A stretch of DNA of 63,008 nt, filler included, from Asterionella formosa (taxonomy: Eukaryota): the NCBI GenBank assembly GCA_002256025.1. It is 20 parts of 20 records of this genome, joined end to end, with 100 filler letters (N's around TTAATTAATTAA, not from the genome) between each part and the next. Parts side by side here need not be neighbours in the genome. Positions count along the whole stretch, not along the records: positions 2,639 to 22,269 come from NKIB01003601.1; positions 22,370 to 23,587 come from NKIB01003602.1; positions 23,688 to 24,905 come from NKIB01003603.1; 17 more parts are not named here. The stretch is one strand, 5' to 3'. The notes below the pieces were generated by a model. The model was not told the DNA's origin. It saw only the letters and a program-made list of their open reading frames with translations, and searched no databases. Shown here piece by piece: positions 12,265 through 23,903 of the stretch; the stretch's first letter is position 1; every line of letters begins with the position of its first letter. A program made the translations under genes and the position numbers.

Positions 12265-13041
12265 TCAATCATCATCATACAACAATTCATATATGGCCTC
12301 ACGTTCTCTTTCTTTTCGTTCCATTTCGGAGCAGCGAATGGGAATAAGGTCAATTCGTTCTTGTAAATTCTTTTCCCAGAAATCCAACTGTTGTAGAGAA
12401 CTTTGTCTCTCCTCATTTCCTATAGACCTTCCATCAAACCGTTGCAATAATGGTAAACTTCCAAGGATATAATATCGATACCCTTCCCATTCCAATTCAC
12501 ATGGATTCCCCACCAAGTACAATTCTTTCAATCGTGGCAATGACTTAAGAAATGGCATGGATGCCTGCAATCCCATAATGTCAATAATATTAAAGGATGC
12601 ATCCAAGTATTCCAATGTGCTAATGTATCCCATCAATTCTTCCAACGAGTTCAAGTTATTGAGTGCCAATACCAATACTTGCAATGCCTTGAATCGTCTC
12701 CAATTCCTTCCATCCAAATCATCAATGATATTATTATGCAAGAGCAATCGTTGTACATTTGGACATGCTCGTCCTAGAACTGGACCAATTTTTTGTATTC
12801 CATCATTTTGTAAATCCAATTCAAGGACGGTATATAAGAATCCATGGTACGCATACGTATCAGTACTACTTGTGTCATTGTCATGAATAATGGTCGTACT
12901 GCAGCGTTGACGAATCAATTCCAATAAAATGGGGCGTTTGTGAATCGTCATGGATCCAAATCCCAAATCTTCCATTTCAGGTGGATTGCATAATTCCAAA
13001 GCACACATGATCCAACATAAAACAGTTTCTGTTAATGGCAT
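12265..13041 (-). CDS. LRRC6/DNAAF11 (tilB)-like protein, LRR plus LRRcap only (short paralogue)
   Basis: ILLELIRQR..LELDLQNDGIQKIG..ACPNVQRLLLHNN..LVLALNNL..LKELYLVGNPC..YRYYILGSLPLLQRFDG matches the LRRC6 N-terminal half. No CS domain follows. The true start may be 12951. Confidence 0.75.
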   Translation of the reverse strand: MPLTETVLCWIMCALELCNPPEMEDLGFGSMTIHKRPILLELIRQRCSTTIIHDNDTSSTDTYAYHGFLYTVLELDLQNDGIQKIGPVLGRACPNVQRLLLHNNIIDDLDGRNWRRFKALQVLVLALNNLNSLEELMGYISTLEYLDASFNIIDIMGLQASMPFLKSLPRLKELYLVGNPCELEWEGYRYYILGSLPLLQRFDGRSIGNEERQSSLQQLDFWEKNLQERIDLIPIRCSEMERKEREREAIYELLYDDD

Positions 13042-14565
13042 GATATTGGTGACATGTGTGGTAGTTGGTTGTGTGGTTGTATTGTTGTAGTTGTATCCTT
13101 CAACTCGCAAGGAGTATCTGTTTATATATATATATATATAAATATAAACATATACTATTCTTCACACTCTCCCGATAGTCTCTATACTTCTTATTTTGTT
13201 GCAGAATAGTACTGGTAGTCTAATTCAGATAAACGAGAGACGGAGGAGCAATCTTGTCATGTCTCATTTGGAGAGGAACGAACGCGATCCAACTTTAGTG
13301 TTGAACAAAATGTTCTGAAAATGTGGAGTCAAAGTACCTACCAGTNNNNNNNNNNNNNNNNNNNNNNNNNNNNNNNNNNNNNNNNNNNNNNNNNNNNNNN
13401 NNNNNNNNNNNNNNNNNNNNNNNNNNNNNNNNNNNNNNNNNNNNNNNNNNNNNNNNNNNNNNNNNNNNNNNNNNNNNNNNNNNNNNNNNNNNNNNNNNNN
13501 NNNNNNNNNNNNNNNNNNNNNNNNNNNNNNNNNNNNNNNNNNNNNNNNNNNNNNNNNNNNNNNNNNNNNNNNNNNNNNNNNNNNNNNNNNNNNNNNNNNN
13601 NNNNNNNNNNNNNNNNNNNNNNNNNNNNNNNNNNNNNNNNNNNNNNNNNNNNNNNNNNNNNNNNNNNNNNNNNNNNNNNNNNNNNNNNNNNNNNNNNNNN
13701 NNNNNNNNNNNNNNNNNNNNNNNNNNNNNNNNNNNNNNNNNNNNNNNNNNNNNNNNNNNNNNNNNNNNNNNNNNNNNNNNNNNNNNNNNNNNNNNNNNNN
13801 NNNNNNNNNNNNNNNNNNNNNNNNNNNNNNNNNNNNNNNNNNNNNNNNNNNNNNNNNNNNNNNNNNNNNNNNNNNNNNNNNNNNNNNNNNNNNNNNNNNN
13901 NNNNNNNNNNNNNNNNNNNNNNNNNNNNNNNNNNNNNNNNNNNNNNNNNNNNNNNNNNNNNNNNNNNNNNNNNNNNNNNNNNNNNNNNNNNNNNNNNNNN
14001 NNNNNNNNNNNNNNNNNNNNNNNNNNNNNNNNNNNNNNNNNNNNNNNNNNNNNNNNNNNNNNNNNNNNNNNNNNNNNNNNNNNNNNNNNNNNNNNNNNNN
14101 NNNNNNNNNNNNNNNNNNNNNNNNNNNNNNNNNNNNNNNNNNNNNNNNNNNNNNNNNNNNNNNNNNNNNNNNNNNNNNNNNNNNNNNNNNNNNNNNNNNN
14201 NNNNNNNNNNNNNNNNNNNNNNNNNNNNNNNNNNNNNNNNNNNTTTCCTAAATCAATGATTATTTTGGGAGTATAATGCATACCGGTAGTATTTAAGGAT
14301 ATGTGCCTATGTCATTTGATTACCGGTATACTCCAGTAGACTACTGTACTCTACGGAATATTTGTTTATCAATGTTATTGCTTGTTCTCATCGAACTCTC
14401 ACACCCATTCAATTTCATTAATGAGGTTCTGATTTGTTCATCGATGATATCCTTGTAGCCTTTAGACTACCGTATTGTCACAACGAACAGCAATTCCTTT
14501 CTCTGAATATTCTTAACGACGAATTCTGATTGAAAAACACAGCGCAGACTTTTTTCTCCCTCAAC

Positions 14566-16770
14566 ATGACGACGACGACAGCGCAAGAGGAAGCGCCGTC
14601 CTTTATTGCCAAATTAGAAGCTCGAGTGGCCGCCATTGACAGCTTGCTTTGTGTTGGTTTGGACCCACACTCGAGCGAGTTATTCCCAAATGGCTTGGAC
14701 GGAGTCTCGGAAGAATTTCACGCACAAGCAGCCTTTACCTTTTGTAAAACAATCATTGACGAGACCCGTACGTTTATTAGTAATACCGGTATATCTGAGG
14801 ACAGTACATTCCGGTAGTTGCTTTCAATTGTATTTGTTGCAGGCTCGTACACTCACACCCTCCCTCCCTTACACACACATTTAGTCCCATTCGCTGCCTG
14901 TTACAAACCAAACGCTGCCTTTTTTGAAGCCATTGGTCCGACTCATGGTATGGCCACATTGGCTCGTCTTTTGAAAACATGCATTCCAAACGATATTCCC
15001 ATTTTGTTGGATGTCAAGAGGGGGGATATTGGTACCACTGCCGAAGCCTACGCCACAGCCTGTTATGACCACCTGGGAGCGGATGCTGTCACCTTGTCAC
15101 CACTCATGGGATGGGACAGTATTAGTCCATTTGTAACAGAACAATATGCAACCAAGGGAGCATTCTTGTTGTGCAAAACTAGCAATCCAGGTAGCAATGA
15201 TTTGTTGGCATTGTCTTGTTGTGGCAGCAACAACAATAACAACATGACATTATACGAATGCATTGCTCAGCTGGCAAGCACTTGGAGTGCGAATCATCCA
15301 GAATCATGTTTGGGTCTAGTGGTGGGTGCCACTGATTCAGTGGCAATGGCACAAGCACGAAACATGGCTGGACAGTCCACATGGATCCTAGCGCCAGGAG
15401 TTGGAGCACAAGGAGGAAATTTGATGGAGGCATGTCGGGCAGGATTGAATGCTCAAGGGACAGGACTATTGATTCCAGTGTCGAGAGGGATTTCCAAGGC
15501 ATTGAACCCTGGAATGGCGGCCAAGGAATTAGTCCACATGATTCAACTGGCACGACGAGAGGTAATTAACAAACAAACTTCCAGGAGTGAATCCGACGAA
15601 CCCATGACGATGGCGAAGATACAAAACTACCAAAAAGAATTTATCGAATTTAGCCTTTCACAAGGAGTTTTGAAATTTGGATCGTTTGTTTTGAAGAGTG
15701 GAAGAACATCACCTTACTTTTTCAATGCAGGATTATTTGCGACGGGGGCATCTTTATTCCGGCTTGGAAAGGCATATGCCAGTGCCATTATGGCTAGTAC
15801 TGAATTGTAAGTTGTACTCCAATATTTTGCATGTGAAATCATGTACAGACTTGTATTTTTTGAGGTGGGGTATGAAGAGGTATTATGCTTGGTCCGTGTT
15901 GTTGATCCGCCCCCACGCGAGTGGCGCTGAAAAGAATCTATTCAAGCTTCTGACCCCCCACAAAGAACTGAAACTGCTTGAACCATTCCCCCTTCCCATA
16001 CGCACACACACGAAGAGAATGGTCAATGACGAATCATATAGGTCTTCTTTCTCCTTAGTTCCTTTTGGAGCCATGCCGGTCAAACTCCTAATCGCTGATT
16101 CGATACATATCTGAGACTTGATACACGTGTGTGTGTGGGTGGGTGGGTTCATAGAGGGCATGTTGATACAACACAAAAAGTGTTGTTGGTTCAAATCCTT
16201 TCTTTGGTTTGGATGTGTTTTATATATAACTTCGACTCACATGCTATCTGGTGTTTATAATCACTCATTTTTATTTCTTTTAGAGTCAAAGATGGCAAGG
16301 TCATATTTGATGTTGTATTCGGACCAGCATACAAGGGTATATCGATTGGTGCTGTTGTTTGTGCGGCATTATACCGTGACTTTGGTGTTGACACTTGCTT
16401 TGCATACAACCGGAAAGAAGCCAAGGATCATGGAGAGGGTGGTCAGTTGGTGGGTGCCTCCATGTATCAAAAACGTGTATTAGTTGTGGATGACGTCATA
16501 ACTGGAGGGACTGCCATTCGGGAATCATACGATATGCTAACATTAATTGGTGCTGTCCCCATGGGAGTGGTAATTGCATTGGACAGAGCTGAAAAACGTG
16601 CCTTGGACGACCCAATTTCTGCAGTTCAAGCAGTCGTGAGAGATATGAATATTCCTGTTATTTCAATTGTGAATATGCCACAATTGCAATTGTATTTAGA
16701 ACAAAGTCCTGATTTTGATGAGGATGTGCTGACTAGTGTTTCAGAATACCGAGCACAGTATGGGGTTTAA
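14566..16770 (+). CDS. UMPS: Bifunctional UMP synthase in inverse ODC-OPRT (pyrF-pyrE) order; exons 14566-14767, 14885-15806, 16284-16770
   Basis: ODC motifs [26 protein letters not shown] and [14 protein letters not shown] motifs [22 protein letters not shown] and [10 protein letters not shown]. Both GT-AG introns (14768-14884, 15807-16283) restore the frame. Confidence 0.95.
15866..15958 (+). ncRNA. Intronic box C/D snoRNA, U18/SNORD18-like
   Basis: Terminal GGGG/CCCC stem and box C ATGAAGA (15872). Guide CTTGGTCCGTGTT (15888-15900) is antisense to the conserved LSU rRNA AACACGGACCAAG. D' TTGA (15902), CCAC-GCGA-GTGG tetraloop hairpin, box D CTGA (15950). Confidence 0.8.
16021..16118 (+). 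ncRNA. Intronic box C/D snoRNA with two LSU-rRNA antisense elements
   Basis: GGTC/GACT terminal stem, box C ATGACGA (16026) and box D CTGA (16111). GGTCTTCTTTCTCC pairs with LSU GGGGAAAGAAGACC. CCGGTCAAACTCC pairs with LSU GGAGTTTGRCTGG, allowing G-U. Confidence 0.72.
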
Positions 16771-16901
16771 TGACACCCACTATACAGTGGGAGTTTAATG
16801 TATCATTCTGTTCCTTGCTTTCTCACTCTCTATTTACTTATATCTATGCTCTCTTTTATCGCTATAACTACTTATTTATAGGGTCATGCAATGGGGTTTC
16901 C

Positions 16902-18347
16902 TTAGTACATTGTAGGAGGTTCCTCGTCGTCGGAACATTCCTCTTGTGTACAATGATCATTTACTGCAAATGAGGTGGTTTTGTTCCAAGTGACTGTTGT
17001 CCGTACTTTGCTGGCTGATGGTTGAAGAGGTAATATCGACTGTGCTGATTGTCCAGTAGCATCTTGCGCCATCAATGCAGCTCCTGTTGATATTGCTTTT
17101 GCTGTTGCTGTATGGGCAAATGACAATAACTTTTGATTCTGAATCCTCGCAGTACTGTGAAAATCATTGTCATCAAGAATGACAATCTTTTCCCTAGTGG
17201 GGAGATTAAGTTCCAATTTACCAGTGGCTTGACTTCGATGTGCTTGAGCCTTCTCTTGACAAATCGTCTGTGGGAGCCTAACTCTCACAACTTGAGCTTG
17301 TACGACCAAACTAATATAATCCATTTTAATATCTAAATCCAAATCTTCTGTTGGTATTTCCTTTGGAATAGATATGACAAGAATGAGTCGATCCATATGG
17401 TAGTCAAGTGTCAATGGATAATTGGGTTCATTGACATTGCGTCGTTCTCCAAATGGTGGTTGTTCCAATGTTCTTGTTTCTTGAAGGACAGTACTATGCA
17501 ATCGTGGCGTGTTGTTTTTGTTGGACTCGTGTACAACGTTCGCTTGTTGACGATCCTTTTCGATACGTGCTTGTAGTGCCAACCATTCTTCGCTCATGGC
17601 ATGACGCTGTTTGGCAATCTTGAGAAATTGTTCATCTTGTTGTAGGTTGGTGGTTGTAGTAGTTGATGTAGTACTATTCCATTGCTCCTCGTCATAATTA
17701 CAATCATCATCATCATCATCGTCATCATCGCCATGGTACTGTTGCATGTCTTGAATAGCCTTGGTCCTCTCGTCAGCTTCAATAGTAATTCCATCCAAAC
17801 GTTTCAATTGTAGCAACGTAGCAATGACTAAGGATCGGTACTTGGTTCCACCAAGTTTATGTTGACAGGGATTGCCAGCAAGAAATAAATCATGCAATCG
17901 TGGCAATCCCTTGAGAGCATCCAATGATTCCAGCAATCCAAGTCTACTACTGGTATTACTGGTATGAATAGCAGTCGTTGTTCTGATATCAATAGCATTA
18001 AAGGATGCATCAATATATTCGAGTGCATCGTAGTGTTCCAAGGATCGAAGTGTAGTTAAATGATTGAGTGCCACTACCAGGACACGCATGGTACGTTTCC
18101 AACCTATTTTAGCAGTTGTACAAGTGGTATTCAATTCATCCAAATGAACAAGTAGATTGTTATGCAAATACAGGCGCTTCAGGTTTGGACATGTTTTCAT
18201 CACAACGGAACCGATTTCTTGTAAATGATCTTGATGGACATCTAAATCGGAGATATCTTTCAAGAGACACAAGTTGTCGTGGTCTTTGGTTCTCTTTCGA
18301 ATCAATTCCAATGTAATGAAACGTTTCGAGGTTGGTGTTGTTGACAT
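16902..18347 (-). CDS. DNAAF11: Full-length LRRC6/DNAAF11 (tilB)-like dynein assembly factor homologue
   Basis: N-terminal ITLELIRKR, LRRs and LRRcap (LFLAGNPC..YRSLVIATLLQLKRLDG). CS/p23-like domain RNVNEPNY..DLDLDIKMDYI..AHRSQATGKLELNLP and acidic C-terminal DEEPP. Confidence 0.85.
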   Translation of the reverse strand: MSTTPTSKRFITLELIRKRTKDHDNLCLLKDISDLDVHQDHLQEIGSVVMKTCPNLKRLYLHNNLLVHLDELNTTCTTAKIGWKRTMRVLVVALNHLTTLRSLEHYDALEYIDASFNAIDIRTTTAIHTSNTSSRLGLLESLDALKGLPRLHDLFLAGNPCQHKLGGTKYRSLVIATLLQLKRLDGITIEADERTKAIQDMQQYHGDDDDDDDDDCNYDEEQWNSTTSTTTTTNLQQDEQFLKIAKQRHAMSEEWLALQARIEKDRQQANVVHESNKNNTPRLHSTVLQETRTLEQPPFGERRNVNEPNYPLTLDYHMDRLILVISIPKEIPTEDLDLDIKMDYISLVVQAQVVRVRLPQTICQEKAQAHRSQATGKLELNLPTREKIVILDDNDFHSTARIQNQKLLSFAHTATAKAISTGAALMAQDATGQSAQSILPLQPSASKVRTTVTWNKTTSFAVNDHCTQEECSDDEEPPTMY

Positions 18348-18750
18348 TGTTTTATTTACAGTATCTTATTTTGTGAACGAATGATTCTATTATTTACGCT
18401 CACAGACTATCAGGGTGTTAGAATATGCTCATATATACATGTATTTTTCATAATCATCCGTAAAATTTACTTCATCCATCATTCATGATGGGGAGAGAAC
18501 ATCAAATAGTATATTATACCGGTATTAGTTTTGAAGACCACTTTTATTCCCACAGACCACAAATATCATTGTGAAATAGATTTTTTTTCCCTCTCATCAG
18601 ACATTGCTCCTTTCCAAAGTGCAGATAGCATCATAGATAATATATATCCTCATATAATATTAATGCATATGAAATCGCAAGATGGTCGGGTTGAACATTC
18701 TTCTTGTCCATGTATCACATTTCATTTCTCGGACATGAGTACTACCCAAT

Positions 18751-20139
18751 TTACAATTTTGGCCCGTCAGACTCATCCTGGTCTGAAGGGGAACGAAGCA
18801 TCCTGTGTCTCCTCCTGCAAACGCAGCTACTCTCTTTGGCGAACAACTTTTTGATCAATGCTTGCTTCTGAGTTGAGTTCATGAGGCCGGCAGCAACTTG
18901 CTTTCTGGAGCTAGCCCTCACACAGGCCTCATAAGTGTCATAATACGTCCAGCACTGATACTTGACAAGATGCTTGCAACCACATGCCCTGACAACATTC
19001 TGCTCAGCATTGCATCCTCTCACATCCACCTTGTTGGTGGAATTTTTCAATGTGCTGGCACACAAGTCCTTGAGATCACCAACACCATCGCCATCTAAAT
19101 CACATTCATTGACTACTATCTTGATATTGTCAAAGCCAGCAGACTCATCGGCAATGGGTTGATTCGTCAGCACCTGAAACGCCAAAGTCAGCTCGCCACT
19201 TAGAAAATATTTGCGTGGCAAAGTTATCGTAAAGTGATGAATCTGGTCAACAAAGGTTTTGGTCTTGTTTCCAAAGCACAACCGAGCCGATTCATTCGAC
19301 ACCACTTCCACACCATAATCGCTGGAATGATCTGGTATTCCTTCATACTTGTCTTCCCAATCAAAATTTCCTAAATCAATCACAAGATTATTAAGTTTCA
19401 ACTGAAGAGAGTCTGGGCCGATTTTCGTACCATCCGCTCGAACATGAAATGGGCCATCCCACGAGTCGATCTCGAAAAAATCAAAGGTTACATTTATGGT
19501 GGAGGCTCCAGTAGGAATGCCCGTGAATTTTCTGAATGGATCCGCATCCGCCTTTTCAAATCGTCCTAGAAAAATGTTGGGCAACGCGTTTTGGAGGGGT
19601 GTGCAACCTAAAGCAATTTTGGCGTTGTTCCATCCTGCAGCCTTGGCATTATTCGCAGCTACCACTGGGTTCGTATTGGCGTAGCTTTGAAAATCATCCT
19701 GAGCTAGAATTTTTCCAACTTGACATGTCGATACTGCTGTTTTTTTTGTAGTCAAGTGGTGTAAAAACGAAAAGTTAGAAAAAGCAGGGCAAAAATGGCG
19801 AAAGTTCGTCGCGTCAGCATATCATGCACCATGCTACAACAAAAATGAAATTTCATCATCGTTCATCATGATGGACTCAAGCTTATTCTGTAGATACGAC
19901 TAGAAATTGCGGAGGGTCCAGCACCACCTGCCTGGATGTGGTGCCCTCCTGCTGAAAGTAGCTTGTACATGGCTTTGACGTCATGTGAAAGTATAAAGTT
20001 ATGCCATTCTATTTCATTTCAGCCAATAAACAAATAATGGAAATTTATAAACACGCAAGGATTAGTTGCGATGCATACCTGATGTGGTGTCAACAATGAT
20101 CATCGCGGAGACAAGAAGACGAGCGAAGTGAAGATTCAT
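18751..20139 (-). CDS. Secreted protein with an FDFFEIDSWDG beta-domain and a thrombospondin type-3-like DxDGDG repeat; 5' exon structure uncertain
   Basis: 334-aa ORF 19755-18751 (FLGRF, FDFFEIDSWDG, DESAGFDN, CDLDGDGVGDLKDLC..VDVRGC). A likely signal-peptide exon MNLHFARLLVSAMIIVDTTS at 20139-20079 is followed by a GTATGC donor. Confidence 0.6.
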
Positions 20140-21973
20140 GGTGATTTTGTTAATGCAGTACAAATAGCACTTGTTTGTAAAGATTTTGAATTTATTTGAC
20201 TTGTTGAAATTATGAGCAAAACACAAACGACGCAACTTTTTTCAAGATTGTTGTTGTTACCCGTCATTGGAAGCAAGATTCACTAGAAGGGCTTCTCTCT
20301 TTCATCGAACAAGCTTGTTAGTATGACGCTTCCTCGCATATCAGTTTAGTGACACGACCATAATGGGTTCACAGTCGATTTCTCGTGTACAATGGCTGAT
20401 TCTAATGGTCGAGCAGGATTTTAGCCGTACTTTCTTCGTATCTAAACGCTTCCAAAATTTGAACGACATAAAGCATAGAAGAATAGCTCCAGTCAGTTTT
20501 GAATTCGTTCACAATGCCGTGACGATGTCTTCTCTATCGTTTGAATCGTCCAAATCGTAGAGCAGCCCTGCTTTCAAATGATCTTGAAAGTGAGGCCCGA
20601 CTTGTTTCTAAATTCACTGTGACGACGTTGATCGACAACAGCCTTGAGCTACTAGTAGCTACTATGGTACTAGAACTAGAATAGTAGAAACAAATAACAA
20701 TAAGCGATGATAAACCAAAGCATCGCGAGGACTATCACCCATCAGCAGTTATTGCTACTGACCAACATAATCGACACGAATCGTTTCAAGTTTATATTAT
20801 CAAATGGCATTGATGTTCTAACTTTTTCACTAATTATCGAACGGGCGTTTTCACAAGCCAGTTATGGTTATAGTAAATGACAACGCTATTGAACGATCTG
20901 AAAGTATTCTAGCGAACAGTGTTCCGAGGATAAAGCCTAATAAAGACTTGAAAGGCGTGTGACATGTCGATCGCAAAAAAAAACCGGTTTTTCATGCAGT
21001 TGTGAGTGATGCAGCTGAATTTGTGAAGGCGGTGCCAGAAATATTGTTTTTATCATGATGAACATTTAGTAAAATTAAAACGGTATGATCTGCGGAAAAT
21101 GAAAATCCACGACAGAAATAATGATATTCATATCATGTACACGTATGTGTATATCGGCATATACATACACATTAAACATATTTAGCTACCGGTACCGGCA
21201 TGTACCTGTATGTCTGTAAATTAGCCTGTCTACGGCACCTGGTGATTACGTAAACGCATGTGTGCTAACGACACTCATTTTGTATCATGACGGATTATAA
21301 TTTTTGGATTTTTGCCGCAGCTTGATGAAGTTGTGCCCCCCCCCCCTCTATTGAAGGAAATTGACTTTTTTGTTGCTCCTTCTTTCAACCGATTTCAGCA
21401 AAATGCATGTACTGGTGGGTGGGGGTGTATCTAAGGTTAAAGGAAAGTAACAAAAAGGTTTTCAAATTGAGCCTCAAAGAAAGACTGTTCAGCCTAATGA
21501 GCTGGCGGAAATAACCCGAGATGATGATGATGTAAAATAAATCGGTAGTAAGGCCGTTGCTTACCGTTGACCCAAACCAAAACCCAAAAACTTTTTTGGA
21601 TTGGTTTTGGTTTTGGTCAACTGACGAAAAATCGATGCTATCGGTTTTTGGGAAATCCTAAATGCTGTCAACCACCCATCTACTGTGACGTAGGATGACA
21701 AAACCATTATAAAAAAAGTAAAATATTTCTATTAGACTACTTTTATAAATGAAATATTATGATTCCTAATTGGGAATTAGTTAGTTTTTCCCGCAATTTG
21801 AGCAATGCTGCTGTCTTGTTATCAACAACTTTGATCCCATTGATTACATGATCAACGACATGCCTAGAAAAGAACACGGATTCTCTGTTGGAAGAGCAGC
21901 CATAATGGGATCGCAAGGACTTTGACAACGATGATATCAAAGATGAAGATGTGTCTTTTCAAATAGCTTTGAA

Positions 21974-22269
21974 ATGCCGCTTCATCCAGACAAACCATTG
22001 ATTCAAGATGCATTGGAGGATGTTCACCGCTGGAATATGGAAATGGATCATGAAAATGGAATTGGAGAAGACGATGAGTTGTCAGGAGACGAAAGGGAGT
22101 ACAGAGAGATGCTTGGCAAGGAAATTAAGTATGACTACGATCATGATCCGGAGTTCGAAGAGCAGTTTCGTGGCCATGTCGTTGTGGCTTGTACCGGTGA
22201 CGATTCCGATCTGGAGATCGCAGAAAAGATTACTCTAGCGCTGACAGGAAAGTTTGGGAAGCAAGTGTT
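21974..22269 (+). CDS. Hypothetical acidic protein fragment, cut by the scaffold end
   Basis: Coding-like open frame ..EFEEQFRGHVVVACTGDDSDLEIAEKITLALTGKFGKQV. The upstream part appears frameshifted. Confidence 0.4.
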
Positions 22270-23162
22270 NNNNNNNNNNNNNNNNNNNNNNNNNNNNNNN
22301 NNNNNNNNNNNNNTTAATTAATTAANNNNNNNNNNNNNNNNNNNNNNNNNNNNNNNNNNNNNNNNNNNNCCCCCACCCCCCCCCCCCCCCCCCCCCCGAT
22401 TCGGATTCCGGGAACTTTCCCTTCTTTTGACTCTGCATTATTTTTATAATACTGTCCCTTCTTTTGACTCTGCATTATTTTTATAATACTGTAACCACAT
22501 AATATATAAGGATATGGAGTTCATACAATATCAAAACTATTAGATATTATATTTATATATATATTTATTTATTTTTAAATATAAAATTGAACACGTGCGA
22601 GGCGGCGGAGAGCGAGCAAGCCAGAAGCAACGGTGGTGGACAAAGGCAAATCATGACGGGCAATTTGTTCGTGTTGTCAGTCATTCATGGATGGGTGGGT
22701 GTAAACATGGGTGGGGCAAAGCAAAGATGCACACTTCTTTTTTGTTTCTTCTTATATATATACAATACGGTATATGTAAGCATGTAGACATCATGCATAA
22801 AACTATGTATGGATACTAGAACCAGTAGTTATGTTCGACGTTTCCACCAAGGCACATGACTTGGATTCGTCGTCATTTAAATTTCTTTCTGAGTGGATAT
22901 GCACATCCATATAGTCCATCATAGGCCAAGCCCCATGATTGAAAAGGTGTTGGTTGCAACTGCCTCAAACCAAAAGCACAGCGATTTTTTGAAAAGTGCA
23001 ATGGATGGTACTTGGAGAAAGAAATTTCATTTCATCCTCACATAATCAAAGTACTGATACTTATTCTACTAGTCCATTCTTCTTGTATGTCATCATTTTT
23101 CTAACTACTTCTAATTTGCCAGTATCCATGATTGATTCATCTTCATTGACACTGTCTTGTTT

Positions 23163-23587
23163 TCACACATCTTTTTGTTCCACCCCTGCTTGTCGCAGGA
23201 ATCTCCACGTGACTTTAGCAGTCCCTCGATTGCTATCTGCTGGATGGAACGTACTTTCTGTTACTAATACCGTTCCATTTTGTTCTAAATATCGTTTGCT
23301 TTCAAAATCACCACCACCATATTTCGTAACTCCTCTTAGCCATGATCGATGAACAGTCCCATTGGTTTCCCACCATGCTGATGCTTGAACTTGTTCAGCA
23401 TCAGCAGTTGTAATAATGTTTGCAGTAACATTATTGCTGCTGCTGTTGCTGTCATTATTCACAACCAAGGATCGTTCCCAAACTCCTCGTGCATTGGTTC
23501 CTCGAATGAACAAGACTCGTCCATTGTCGCGTTGGTCGGTATGTTCAGTTGTCATACCAATAATCCCAAGGGCAATAGATCGTACCA
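23163..23587 (-). CDS. 3' part of a conserved hypothetical protein, possibly calycin/FABP-like
   Basis: RGTNARGVWERSL..AWWETNGTVHRSWLRG..GGGDFESKRYLE..LVTESTFHP, a beta-rich pattern. 5' end is truncated by the contig edge. Confidence 0.6.
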
Positions 23588-23903
23588 NNNNNNNNNNNNN
23601 NNNNNNNNNNNNNNNNNNNNNNNNNNNNNNNTTAATTAATTAANNNNNNNNNNNNNNNNNNNNNNNNNNNNNNNNNNNNNNNNNNNNTTAAGGTTCCTGC
23701 ATTTGAACCCCTAGCTCGAGGTAGGGTTAAAAAAATAATATTAAGTCAGAGTAGTCAAACATGGACTTCTTACGAGTAAAATGTAAATGTATATCGCTAA
23801 ACGGAGCTTTCACCAATACACACCCTTTCCACATGCTAAAATACAGTCATTTATCAAAGTAGGGGTATAGGTCAACGCTATATATCGTCAGGATATAGGA
23901 TCT

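Noticed and set aside
6303..14281. Long ORFs in the track made mostly of X (6303-7358, 10305-11428, 13295-14281)
   Set aside because: Artefacts of translating scaffold gaps.
15698..16483. ORFs 15698-16114, 15883-16194 and 16118-16483
   Set aside because: Spurious frames over the UMPS intron, its snoRNAs and exon 3.
21415..21682. Possible MITE with internal inverted repeat GTTGACCCAAACCAAAACC / GGTTTTGGTTTTGGTCAAC
   Set aside because: Termini and target-site duplication are too degenerate to define, and it is single copy in the window.
22370..22493. Poly-C run and 37-bp direct duplication
   Set aside because: At a contig edge; likely low-complexity sequence or an assembly artefact with no interpretable function.
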